Virus record (IMG/VR): IMGVR_UViG_3300013121_000005
Span: 128,001 to 192,000 of that record
Length of the DNA stretch: 64,000 nucleotides
From: a virus
Lineage: Duplodnaviria; Caudoviricetes
Strand: one strand, 5' to 3'
Part shown: in pieces, positions 29,341-38,605 of the stretch
Position numbering within the stretch: position 1 is the first letter of the stretch
How the letters are laid out: each line of letters opens with the position of its first letter
Position numbers and translations under genes: made by a program
The notes under the pieces: model-generated
The model's database searches: none
What the model was told of the DNA's origin: nothing
The model's input: the letters and a program-made list of their open reading frames with translations, nothing else

Positions 29341-30102
29341 TTGCCGTTCGAGTTCCTCGGTACCTTCAACAAGTCCCAGTTTGATAGGTTCGCGGCATAT
29401 GCGCGGGACCAACTCGCCTATGTGGACGCAAGAATTGCCCACCTGACCTATGAGCAGACTAGGGTTGGGTTTCTTCGGTTTACTTTTGATCCTGCGGGTA
29501 AGCCTACTGCGTACTCAACTGGGTCGTCGGGGTCATCTCCGACCTACATAGGTAAACTGATGGCAGCCTACGAAGCTTTGGGGGGAGATCCGTTCTTTGA
29601 CCTCCAGACTCGAACCATGGGTCAGCCAGTTTTTTACCCAAGGGGTACAGAGGTAGCTTCCAACAAGGTCATGTCAAACGGTGAACCTTTGCCAGCAAAG
29701 GGCTTGGCAGATGCCCCCTCCGCTAAGCTTATGGGGCAGATGCAAGCCTGGATGTACCAGAACTTGGAGCGCCGGGCTAAAATCGAGCGGAAGGTTCGTC
29801 GTGCACTTGATTATGCCGACCAGCTTCAAGCTGAGATTGAGGGGCTGACTCTGATCAAACGGTCTGTGGAGGTAGATGGCTCGCTGGAGAACATGATCTC
29901 CGCAGTGAACCTTTTGCTAGCTGACCCTCATTACCGAGCCCTTGGGGATGATAAGGGGGCAGACCCGTTTGGTAAGTTGGCTTACGCGCCGTACGCCTCC
30001 TATGAGCCTGGTGAGGGGCGGAATGCTCCTGATGGTCTTGTAGTCGAAAGAGTCTCTGGGGGGTACTCCATTTCGGGAGAGGGCGGCTCCACTACGCTAT
30101 GA
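29341..30102 (+). CDS. Hypothetical (probably baseplate) coiled-coil protein
   Basis: 253 aa, strong SD AGGAGGT before the TTG start; ATGA overlap with the next gene. Confidence 0.75.
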   Translation: MPFEFLGTFNKSQFDRFAAYARDQLAYVDARIAHLTYEQTRVGFLRFTFDPAGKPTAYSTGSSGSSPTYIGKLMAAYEALGGDPFFDLQTRTMGQPVFYPRGTEVASNKVMSNGEPLPAKGLADAPSAKLMGQMQAWMYQNLERRAKIERKVRRALDYADQLQAEIEGLTLIKRSVEVDGSLENMISAVNLLLADPHYRALGDDKGADPFGKLAYAPYASYEPGEGRNAPDGLVVERVSGGYSISGEGGSTTL

Positions 30103-31235
30103 GTTTCGATCGACAACTCGACCAACTCTGCACCCACACTGTAGTAGACGAGTTCCTTGTCGTTCAGTTGGATGGGGTGGTTCGTCCCATTCGTCCAATT
30201 GCTTCGGCCAATTCGGTCTTTGTGCGGCTTAATGGCGACTTGGAGGTACCTTCTGTAGGGGTTGACGTTCCTGCCCAATCAGGGGGGAACAAGGAAGGCC
30301 CCTTCACAATTCAAGTCGGCGTAAACGACCGTTTTGTTGTCCGGGTGAACAACAACCCTCCGCAGTCAGTCACCCTTCCAGCAGCCGTTCGACTTCCAAC
30401 TTGGAGAGTGGCGGACCAGCTTACGGAGGCTCTACAAGGAGTTCAGTTTTATGCCGACAGGAACTTCTTGCGGTTTAGGTCTAGTTTGACAGGGCCGGAT
30501 GCCACAATTTTCATCTACCCTACTAGTACGTTTGCCGTTACAGCAGGCATCAAGACCAATCGTATGTTTCGGGGTAAGCAGGTAGCCCCAGGGTGGTCTC
30601 TTGTTAGTGACCCCAGTACGCTAGCTGATCGACCAACAAGACTCATTGTCTTTGATGAGCCCCCTAAAGGATACAATGACTTTGTGGAGATTTCCTATGC
30701 CACTCAACGACAAGAGTGCCGTAGGTGCGGGGGGTTGGGAGTCGAGAATGATTGGCGTTACGGGACCGATGGGAATGTGATTGAGGTTCGCCAAGAGGCC
30801 CTTCTGATTCAAGAAATGCAGAAGGCAATCTACACCATTCGGGGTTCCAATCCGTTTCACCCATGGTATGGCACAACCATTTCTGAGCAGATTGGGGCGA
30901 AACTCTCAGTAAGGGGTCTTGTACAGAGTGCAATTACTTCTGACATCAATCGGACGTTTACTCGATGGCAGTCGATCAAGCGACAACAGGAGGAAGCTGT
31001 AGGGCAGTTTGTCTCGGATGAGGAGTTTCCTTTCTTGTTGAATTCCGTAGTGCTAGAGCAGAGTCAAAAAGATCCCACGGTTGTATTTGTGACCGTTAGT
31101 CTACAGAATCGCTCGCTCCGCCCTGTCCAACTCACAAGGGGCATTCGCCTACCTCAATCATTGGACCTTCTTGGTTCAACGGGTGGGCAGGGCATCTACC
31201 GTCAAAGTCTTAGTGACTACTCTCTGGTGAGCTGA
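30099..31235 (+). CDS. Baseplate wedge / sheath initiator, gp25 (GPW)-like C-terminal domain
   Basis: LLIQEMQKAIYTIRGSNPFHPWYGTTISEQIG..DPTVVFVTVSLQN gp25 pattern, preceded by CRRC and an N-terminal extension. Confidence 0.75.
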   Translation: MSFDRQLDQLCTHTVVDEFLVVQLDGVVRPIRPIASANSVFVRLNGDLEVPSVGVDVPAQSGGNKEGPFTIQVGVNDRFVVRVNNNPPQSVTLPAAVRLPTWRVADQLTEALQGVQFYADRNFLRFRSSLTGPDATIFIYPTSTFAVTAGIKTNRMFRGKQVAPGWSLVSDPSTLADRPTRLIVFDEPPKGYNDFVEISYATQRQECRRCGGLGVENDWRYGTDGNVIEVRQEALLIQEMQKAIYTIRGSNPFHPWYGTTISEQIGAKLSVRGLVQSAITSDINRTFTRWQSIKRQQEEAVGQFVSDEEFPFLLNSVVLEQSQKDPTVVFVTVSLQNRSLRPVQLTRGIRLPQSLDLLGSTGGQGIYRQSLSDYSLVS

Positions 31236-31236
31236 A

Positions 31237-34200
31237 ATGGCAACATCCCCTCAAATCAAGTTTCGGGACGGGTCTGGTTACACTCAGGCTCTTGTCTATA
31301 CGACCAATCAAGAGGCGGTTGTAATCGAGGGGAAGGTTGATGTAAACACAGCTACGATTCAAGTATCTGTGAATGGAGCGCCTTTCGTTTCTGACCCTAC
31401 CCTTGTGACGTTCGCCCTACCGAACTTCAAAATTCCTAACCCAGACAACTATCCTGAGGGGTTGGCTCTGAGTCCTGGGCAGAACGTCGTCCTTATCCGG
31501 ACGATAGACATTGTAGGTGGGGTAAGCGGAACGTCGTCTGTTGTCGTTACCAAGCTAAGGCAGTCGGACCTCCCTCAGATTGACATTCCTTCTGGGATTC
31601 GGGTTCGTCGTCGTCGAAATTCTGTTGACATCCTTGCGGCTATCCCAAAGACGCTAACCGGCCTCTTTAATGCCCCAACTCCCAACAACTTTCGAGGGTT
31701 CAACTTTTATGCCAGTGTCACCCCAGGGGGGACTTCTGGGTACTACCGGATCAATGCCTCCGTGGTGACAACAACCTCCTCTGTCTATGAAGAGGATGCT
31801 CTTACATTTGCCACAGATAGTACAACTTGGCAGGCTCAGACTTTCGACCAGGTTCGGATTAAGGTCACGGAAGAAGATGACTATGGGAATGTCCTGAGTA
31901 CTCGGCTTGACAGGCTCTATCCTGTAGCAGAGTACACCAACCAGCTTCGCTTTTCCTCGAAGATGGAGGATGTGTCCCTAAACAACTTCATTAGTTTTAG
32001 GCATTTCCGTGAAGGCGGAGTTGGGATCATCAACGAAGACCAGTTCTCTGGGGTGGTTTCCAGTGAGCCTCTGTACTACGTTGTTACGGCTGTGTACTTT
32101 GATCCTGCTACGGGGGAGGAGTTAGAAAGCTCCTACTCTCAGGAGGTTTTGGGGGCCCCCTTGGTCCTGGATACGGCCATCCGAGACCTTCCTGGGCGAA
32201 CTCAATTCCAGGTTGTTACTGACTTTGTGCGTGCCGTACAACGGGTTAATGCTGAAATTGCACTCATCCCAGGGTCGACAACACGAGACGTCACCATTGA
32301 CCCCTTTAGCTCCGAAGCAGAACGGTTGTACTTTCTCCTAGACTTTGTACACCGTGCACAAAGCTTCTTGACTTTGCTCCAGGTTGATGACGCGAACAAT
32401 GATGGTGTCTCAGACCTTGTAGAAGCTAGTGCCTACAAAACGGCTCTTCAAGCAGCTTTGGGGTTTACCTCGACGGCTGCGGTTCAGTCTTTAATTGACT
32501 CCGCGTTCGACAAACTCGCGGGGAATGTGAGTAAAGCCAGACTTCCTGGGCGCCCCGCAGTGGGCCAAGCTGTGCTTTACACGGTGACTAAGCCAGTTTT
32601 TGACTTGGCGGTCCCTTCGGGTACGATTGTCACTTCGGACGCGGATTCTACTACGGGCACTCCCGCAGTTCGTTTCCGAGTTGGAGGGACGTATGTTCTC
32701 CCTGCGGCGAATGCAAGTGCCTACTACAATTTCAACACCAAACGATATGAGTTGGTCGTTGACATTGTGGCAGAAGAGGTAGGGGCTGCGGGTAATAGGC
32801 CAGCAGGGCAGATCAAAAATGTCCAAGGAGTCAGTGGCCTTCTTGTGACCAACACAGAGGCTACGGTTTTTGGCAGTGACCGGGAATCGAACGCAGACCT
32901 GGCTGCTAGGTCCCTTCTTGGATTCGTCTCTGTCGATACAGGTACGGCAGGAGGGTATGCCTCTACGTCTGCTGAGCAGATTGGAGTACTCAAAGCTAAA
33001 GTTGTCCAGAGTGGCCATCCGTTGATGATGCGGGACTACGACCCTGTTCGGCGTAAGCACATCGGGGGTAAGGTTGATATTTGGGTACAGGGGGTCCGGG
33101 AGCGTCAAGTCACAGAGGTATTCGCATTCACTTTTGAAGTGGCTCGTGACATTCAGTGTGTGATCCTTGATCTAGCCAGTCTGACTTTCCGCGTACAGGA
33201 CAGTCGGGCCACCCCTTCAACTCCAGTCACTGAGATTCTGGATAACTTGAGTCAGGGGTTGGGGGTGCGAAATGTCAGTAAGGGGTTGGACTATATCCTT
33301 ACTGGAGTGCAAATCCTAGACTACCAGACATTCAAGTTAAACCCTGCGATTGCAGGCCAGCCGGTAACACACATTGATGATGTAATCACAGCGGATTACA
33401 GGCTTAGAGTCGTCAATCAATTCAAGTTCACCTTCCAGCCGGTACGTAGAGTTGTATCTGTCGTAGGTGAAGTTTCTGGCGTTTTGAACTCCACTCTTGG
33501 TTACAGCCTGTACAAGACTGCGGACCCGCTTTTGGAAGGGGAGAGCACAATTTCCAGTGACTACTTGGCGATTAATCAAGTCGCTGGGGTGCCTAGCGGA
33601 AATGTCATCTTGGTCAACGCTGAGCCCCACGTTCTTGTAGGGTTCTTCGAGGAACCCCTTTTGAGTGTCGGGGTCAACACGAAAACGATTCGCGTTTTCA
33701 GCCAAAATCGAGCAATCGAGTATGATGGGCCTGAGAAGATCGTCCCTGACTACGAGATTATAGAGGGGACTTCTACGAGTCCTGTCAGGATCGTCCGTAC
33801 AGCTAACTCAGATATCCCTAATGGGGCTACGGTTTCGGTTGACTATGCTCACGATGAGAACTTTACGGTTACCTATGTCATCAATGACCTTCTTCATCAG
33901 CTCCAGCGTACAGTCAATGAGAAGCGTCATGCTACGGCGGATGTCGTAGTCAAGCAGGCCATTCAAAATTCAGCCGAAATCGAGACTACAGCCCAACTTC
34001 TTCCTGGGGCAACTCGGGACAAGGTAGACCCTGACATTAGGTCCAATGTGAGTTTGGATTTGAACCAGCGTCTAATTGGGCAAGGGGTGGCCCAATCGGA
34101 TCTTATCAATGCGATTGACTCCACAAGTGGGGTAGACTTCCAGGTTATCCCACTTGCTAAAATGGCTTACGCGGATGGGGCTCGAAAACTTCGCGAAACC

Positions 34201-34686
34201 TTGTCTTCTGCATACCAGCGTTTGCCGTCTCTTGAAATTGGTGGGAATCAGGTGTTCATCCTGACGACTGCTCTTCAGTACCCCACTACAGATGGGGGTG
34301 GACTCCCCACAGAACACAAGGGCGTTTTCCAAGACGACGAAGCTTTTGGTATGGCTTCAAGCCTTGCGACATTGGCTTCTAATCCTCGGCAAGCTTTCAT
34401 CCTTGGTTCGAGCGGGGCTGTCATTACAGGGTACACGGATGCAGCAACTCTACTAGCAAGTGGGTTTTTGACCCCCGAGACGCAGCAGGTGGAGCTGCTG
34501 CGTCGGACAGCAAACCATGTGGTTCTTTCGATTTCTGGTTCCGGCACACCTCCAGACAATCCTACCAACCATGCGTATGCCGTCAGTTATGTAGTTCGAG
34601 GCGATGTAGGGCCGAAGGACCTCACTGCTTCTGAGGTTGAGTTCATCGACCTTGGGAACTTCACAATCACCTTCCGTTCGGGGTGA
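31237..34686 (+). CDS. Baseplate J-like wedge protein (gp6/gpJ) with N-terminal Ig/FN3-like extension
   Basis: PGSTTRDVTIDP, IDSAFDKLAGN..RLPGRPAVG, AEEVGAAGNRPAGQI..TN..FGSDRESNADLAAR and GGKVDIWV motifs. Confidence 0.85.
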   Translation: MATSPQIKFRDGSGYTQALVYTTNQEAVVIEGKVDVNTATIQVSVNGAPFVSDPTLVTFALPNFKIPNPDNYPEGLALSPGQNVVLIRTIDIVGGVSGTSSVVVTKLRQSDLPQIDIPSGIRVRRRRNSVDILAAIPKTLTGLFNAPTPNNFRGFNFYASVTPGGTSGYYRINASVVTTTSSVYEEDALTFATDSTTWQAQTFDQVRIKVTEEDDYGNVLSTRLDRLYPVAEYTNQLRFSSKMEDVSLNNFISFRHFREGGVGIINEDQFSGVVSSEPLYYVVTAVYFDPATGEELESSYSQEVLGAPLVLDTAIRDLPGRTQFQVVTDFVRAVQRVNAEIALIPGSTTRDVTIDPFSSEAERLYFLLDFVHRAQSFLTLLQVDDANNDGVSDLVEASAYKTALQAALGFTSTAAVQSLIDSAFDKLAGNVSKARLPGRPAVGQAVLYTVTKPVFDLAVPSGTIVTSDADSTTGTPAVRFRVGGTYVLPAANASAYYNFNTKRYELVVDIVAEEVGAAGNRPAGQIKNVQGVSGLLVTNTEATVFGSDRESNADLAARSLLGFVSVDTGTAGGYASTSAEQIGVLKAKVVQSGHPLMMRDYDPVRRKHIGGKVDIWVQGVRERQVTEVFAFTFEVARDIQCVILDLASLTFRVQDSRATPSTPVTEILDNLSQGLGVRNVSKGLDYILTGVQILDYQTFKLNPAIAGQPVTHIDDVITADYRLRVVNQFKFTFQPVRRVVSVVGEVSGVLNSTLGYSLYKTADPLLEGESTISSDYLAINQVAGVPSGNVILVNAEPHVLVGFFEEPLLSVGVNTKTIRVFSQNRAIEYDGPEKIVPDYEIIEGTSTSPVRIVRTANSDIPNGATVSVDYAHDENFTVTYVINDLLHQLQRTVNEKRHATADVVVKQAIQNSAEIETTAQLLPGATRDKVDPDIRSNVSLDLNQRLIGQGVAQSDLINAIDSTSGVDFQVIPLAKMAYADGARKLRETLSSAYQRLPSLEIGGNQVFILTTALQYPTTDGGGLPTEHKGVFQDDEAFGMASSLATLASNPRQAFILGSSGAVITGYTDAATLLASGFLTPETQQVELLRRTANHVVLSISGSGTPPDNPTNHAYAVSYVVRGDVGPKDLTASEVEFIDLGNFTITFRSG

Positions 34687-34690
34687 GTAG

Positions 34691-35503
34691 ATGGCTCGGT
34701 TTATCCTCGACCCAAAGCGAAGTAACCGAACCTTGCAGCAGCAGGGTAAGGAGTACAATTTTCGGCTTACTCAACGTGCTCAGGCCATTTTCACGAACCT
34801 GTTGAACCTGTTACCGTCGAACTACATTTCAACGGTTCAGGGTCCAAATTACACGAATGAACTCAAAGCTGTAGCTGTTGAATTGGCGAAGTTGGAGCTA
34901 GCCCTAGAGGACGTTGACTCCGACTCTGACTTTAAGACCACTCGCTCTGATTTCCTTTACAGTCTTATTGGCTACTTAGTCTTTTTGAATGGGAAACTCC
35001 CTGAGACAAGCTTTGATGACGTGGAATTCAAGAACTTCCTCTTGAACGTCATTCGGATTTACTTTCAAGGCTCGATCCCATCGAGTATGCGGGATGGGGT
35101 AGCTCTCTTTGTCTCAGAGGGGGTCCAGGTTACGGAGAACTTTCTTCTGGTCCGTGCAGGTGCGTCAGGGTTGGACATCAGTGACCAATTTGGTTTCCAG
35201 ATCGATATTGAGACTCTTGGTCGGTTTCCCCCGGATGTCTTCACTATTGACTCGAATGTTCGACTTGTTCTGGACATCATTCGTCCTGCCCACACGCTCT
35301 TCCGCATTCGGTATGTTTTTCGAGACACCTACACTCCAAACCAGGACCGAGGGGGGAAGATTCTTGATGCTTCTCGCTGGCGGCTCTCGAACTACTACTA
35401 CGAGGATTTTCGAGTCTATCCCGAAGGACTTCGGGATAGAGACCGTCTAGGGGTCAAGGAAACTCGTATCGTTACGGGTGAAGACCATAGCAACGACTTT
35501 TGA
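34691..35503 (+). CDS. Baseplate wedge protein (gp7/gpI-like)
   Basis: Follows J. LLPSNY..LYSLIG..FLLNVIRIYFQGS..LDIIRPAHT pattern. Confidence 0.7.
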   Translation: MARFILDPKRSNRTLQQQGKEYNFRLTQRAQAIFTNLLNLLPSNYISTVQGPNYTNELKAVAVELAKLELALEDVDSDSDFKTTRSDFLYSLIGYLVFLNGKLPETSFDDVEFKNFLLNVIRIYFQGSIPSSMRDGVALFVSEGVQVTENFLLVRAGASGLDISDQFGFQIDIETLGRFPPDVFTIDSNVRLVLDIIRPAHTLFRIRYVFRDTYTPNQDRGGKILDASRWRLSNYYYEDFRVYPEGLRDRDRLGVKETRIVTGEDHSNDF

Positions 35504-35505
35504 GG

Positions 35506-35516
35506 AAACCTTTTAT
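35506..35516 (+). promoter_or_regulatory. Putative late promoter motif (AAACCTTTTAT)
   Basis: Intergenic; ends 29 nt before ATG 35545, followed by an AGGAGG SD. Confidence 0.55.
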
Positions 35517-35544
35517 CTCCCACTCCGTTAGGAGGAACCTCTAG

Positions 35545-36078
35545 ATGTTGATCAATGAAGCCATGCGTGGTCCCCGGGCTCAAGCAGTCATTCGCCATGA
35601 GCGCCCCTATGATTATGACGAAAAGACTGGGCTTTGGGTTCGTAAGGTAATTGACGAACAAGAGGCTTGGAACATCGTTACGAACGCAGGTCGTGTACGC
35701 ATCCACACCTATCTATACGGAGCTGGAGTTCAACGTGCTGCCCTTGGCGGCGGGCTGAATTACATCGCTCTCTCAAATGACCCTGCGGCTCCTGCTCAGG
35801 GGGATACCGTGTTGGCAGCCGAGATCACGAATACCCCGGCTACAGCAGGTCTTGAGCGGGCCCTAGCTACAGTGACTCTGCCAGTTGGGGCAGGTACTCA
35901 AACTACCATACAGAAGATTTTCACCTTTACTGGGGTACCAGGGCCTCAGAGTGTCCAGAAGACAGCCCTCTTTGATTTGGCTGTTGCTGGTACGATGGCC
36001 CATGAGATTCAGTTCTCGCCCAGGACGTTGTTTACAAATGATACTTTAACCGTGACTTTTGCGATCTCTTTGTCTTAA
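35545..36078 (+). CDS. Small beta-sandwich tail/fibre structural protein
   Basis: NIVTNAG..YIALS..AP..DT.LA.E..FTF..ALF..G.M..DTLTVT..ISLS pattern typical of fibre-associated proteins; strong SD. Confidence 0.7.
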   Translation: MLINEAMRGPRAQAVIRHERPYDYDEKTGLWVRKVIDEQEAWNIVTNAGRVRIHTYLYGAGVQRAALGGGLNYIALSNDPAAPAQGDTVLAAEITNTPATAGLERALATVTLPVGAGTQTTIQKIFTFTGVPGPQSVQKTALFDLAVAGTMAHEIQFSPRTLFTNDTLTVTFAISLS

Positions 36079-36129
36079 CAAGCACTTACGTAACTTGTCC
36101 GGTGGGGCTCGGAGGCAGCGGCATAGGTC

Positions 36130-37293
36130 ATGGCAAATGCGACGTGCCAGTTTACCCAAGGACTTGTCGTAGGGGGGAGTGGTCAATCAGTTTTTGGTTT
36201 CAGCCCAAATTCTGTAGCCACAATGACCGACGATGGGGGCCCAGGGGCAATCTCTTACTTGTGGGAGATCATTTCTTGGCCCTCCCCTTTGGGGGCTCCC
36301 CCAGCTATTACAAACAGTACAAGTCAGGTAGCTACCGTAACTCCGAACTTGGATGGGGTCTATATCGTCAAGCTCACAAGAGTGGACGGTACAGGTACCA
36401 CGACAGACATCAAGTTTTTTGGGGTCCAGGATGAGGACGCCCTGACCCTCCCTTCCGCAGGCCAGACTGGGAATATGACCAACATGTCGGTCAATGCCCA
36501 AAAGTCTGGGTGGAGTGGTAGACAAAACGCTTCAACAAACTTTCAACTCGATGCCTTTCTTCGGTTCCTCAAGGCTAGAGTTGGTAAGTATGTTGGACAT
36601 ACCTACGCTGCTACTCATTCCTCTGGGGTTCCAGTTGTAGTAGTCATCACGGATGGGGCTTCCCAACCGTTCCGTAGTCTTCTCATGACTGGGGCTGGGA
36701 CCTACACGGAAGAGATTGATGTTGCTGCTACGGACGGTAAGAGGTTTCGATGGCGTGTGACGATGACCGCAGGGTGCGGGGACTTCATCATTAAGAATGG
36801 GGTTGGGGGTTCCACCATCCTGACTTTGAATGCCCCTCCAGCTAACACTCTCGTCTATGAGGTGGAAGCAGTTACGAATGGTTCGGCCTGGGCCATTTCT
36901 CGCTCTGGGACTACAGACCCTAAGGTTATCCGCAAAAACCATACTGTTGAGCTTATTGCAGGCAATCGATCAACGGACCAAACCACTTTTACTCGTCTTG
37001 GGACCTCTAGTTTTGATGCCTCTAAGTTCCCGACTTCACAGGTGAAGTTTCAAGCAGAGATCGAAGCTACAGCAGGTAAGACGGCTGAGATTCAACTCTA
37101 TAACCTGACAGATAGCGGGTACATTGGCACCCCGCTTTCGGCGTCAACTCTAACTCCGTCTTTGGTGGAACAAGTCATTACCCTACCGAATGGGCTCAAA
37201 ACCTATGAGGTACACCTTCGTATGACTGTTGCAGGGGGTGCGGGAGATCGTGTGACTTGCACCAATGCTCGAATTGTTTTTGCTTGGGGTTGA
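36130..37293 (+). CDS. Putative tail fibre component (PKD-like N-domain plus beta domains)
   Basis: SYLWEIISWP..ATVTPNLDGVYIVKLT is a PKD/Ig-like pattern; Thr/Gly-rich. Confidence 0.65.
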   Translation: MANATCQFTQGLVVGGSGQSVFGFSPNSVATMTDDGGPGAISYLWEIISWPSPLGAPPAITNSTSQVATVTPNLDGVYIVKLTRVDGTGTTTDIKFFGVQDEDALTLPSAGQTGNMTNMSVNAQKSGWSGRQNASTNFQLDAFLRFLKARVGKYVGHTYAATHSSGVPVVVVITDGASQPFRSLLMTGAGTYTEEIDVAATDGKRFRWRVTMTAGCGDFIIKNGVGGSTILTLNAPPANTLVYEVEAVTNGSAWAISRSGTTDPKVIRKNHTVELIAGNRSTDQTTFTRLGTSSFDASKFPTSQVKFQAEIEATAGKTAEIQLYNLTDSGYIGTPLSASTLTPSLVEQVITLPNGLKTYEVHLRMTVAGGAGDRVTCTNARIVFAWG

Positions 37294-37317
37294 TGCTCCT
37301 CCTCTAACAGGTGAACG

Positions 37318-38295
37318 ATGGCTCTTCCGGTACTTAGCAAAACGTGGCAATACAACGTCAACCAAGCGATTACGGCTGCTGGGTCGGTTACAGCAACGGG
37401 TCAAGCCATCTTCTTGGCAATCAAAAACACCTTGAAGGGGTTTGGGACGCTCCCTTGGACGGTCCGAGGGTCGAGTGATTCGGTGGCTGCTGGTATGGAT
37501 GCTGTGGATCGTTGGGTAGCGGCTGGTAATTTGGTGGGAGGTAACCCTGCGGTCGCCCATTCCTGGATTGTTCTGCGTCAGACTGGGATCGCAACCAACT
37601 ACGAACTGTGCATTGACCTGACAGATGTGGGCTTCTCCAGTCAGACAATAGTTATCTCACCTTCAGCAGCATTTACAGGGGGTTCGACAACGGACCGTCC
37701 TACTGCGACAGATGAGATTGTGTTAATCAACGGAGGTGCATGCTGGTCTAATCTGGATGCCAACCATGTCATTCATGGTTGGCAATCAACAGACGGACAG
37801 TGTACTCGTCTTGTTGTTTGGCGAGCTTCTACCAATCTTTGCACGTTTCTCATGTTCGACAAGCCTGCGACTTCGGTTACTGGTTGGACAAACCCTAGTT
37901 TGGGCGCGTGGCAGGCTGCTGGGGCAGGCGTACCTAATCTCTATTCGACCTTGGGTCATGCTACTGCCAGCCCGTTTAAGGGTCGAGGATCAACGACTAT
38001 GACCCTCGCATTTACCGGAGAGGGGGCTTACTCGTCCGGTACTTATATGTCTCAGACGACAGATATTGGAACAAATCCGAATGACTTCGACTCGAACTGG
38101 CCCCTCTTTCCAATCGGCCTGTTCTCGACAACGGCAGCTCATCGAGGTCGGCATGGGACGGTCTCAGACCTTTGGTGGAAACCCCAGAGTGTAGGGAATG
38201 CAGGGGATACCTTCCCTAATGATGCGACTCGTCTATTTGTGGCTTTCGGGGATCTTATTTTCCCCTGGAACGGTTCCGTTCCAGTTGTAGCGTGA
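37318..38295 (+). CDS. Putative distal fibre / receptor-binding beta protein
   Basis: 325 aa, Trp/Thr/Gly-rich and beta-rich, within the fibre cluster. Confidence 0.6.
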   Translation: MALPVLSKTWQYNVNQAITAAGSVTATGQAIFLAIKNTLKGFGTLPWTVRGSSDSVAAGMDAVDRWVAAGNLVGGNPAVAHSWIVLRQTGIATNYELCIDLTDVGFSSQTIVISPSAAFTGGSTTDRPTATDEIVLINGGACWSNLDANHVIHGWQSTDGQCTRLVVWRASTNLCTFLMFDKPATSVTGWTNPSLGAWQAAGAGVPNLYSTLGHATASPFKGRGSTTMTLAFTGEGAYSSGTYMSQTTDIGTNPNDFDSNWPLFPIGLFSTTAAHRGRHGTVSDLWWKPQSVGNAGDTFPNDATRLFVAFGDLIFPWNGSVPVVA

Positions 38296-38299
38296 TTCC

Positions 38300-38599
38300 A
38301 TGGCGACATTTGATGGCAATGATATGGGAGGGATCATTGGAGGTAACGTACCCTCCAGTGTTTTTAGGCATTACCCTGCTCACAACATGTCCTTACAGCA
38401 ACTCATTGGGACTGCTGTAAGCCCGTCCATCGTAAGTTACTACAAGATGCGGGGAAAGGATGTGGATTGTGGGCCTCTGACCTACAGAACGTGGGTTGTT
38501 TCAGGTGCTCCTGACCCGACTGGGGCTCTGTATGTTGGGGCTAGGTGTGGTGTGACACCTTTCACTGAAGTAGTCATCGCCGAAACGTGGCAAGTGTAG
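38300..38599 (+). CDS. Small hypothetical fibre-associated protein
   Basis: 99 aa, tightly packed between neighbours. Confidence 0.65.
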   Translation: MATFDGNDMGGIIGGNVPSSVFRHYPAHNMSLQQLIGTAVSPSIVSYYKMRGKDVDCGPLTYRTWVVSGAPDPTGALYVGARCGVTPFTEVVIAETWQV

Positions 38600-38605
38600 T
38601 AGCAC

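Noticed and set aside
13306-34686. Inteins explaining the oversized hub, J or 2066-aa proteins
   Set aside because: No C/S-start...HN-C/S/T splice motifs or LAGLIDADG blocks seen.
3570-35503. Extracellular contractile injection system (eCIS) or tailocin instead of phage
   Set aside because: No Afp15-like AAA ATPase, Afp16-like cap, toxin cargo or flanking host genes. The homing endonuclease, long tape measure and overall scale fit a phage better. It cannot be fully excluded without seeing capsid genes.
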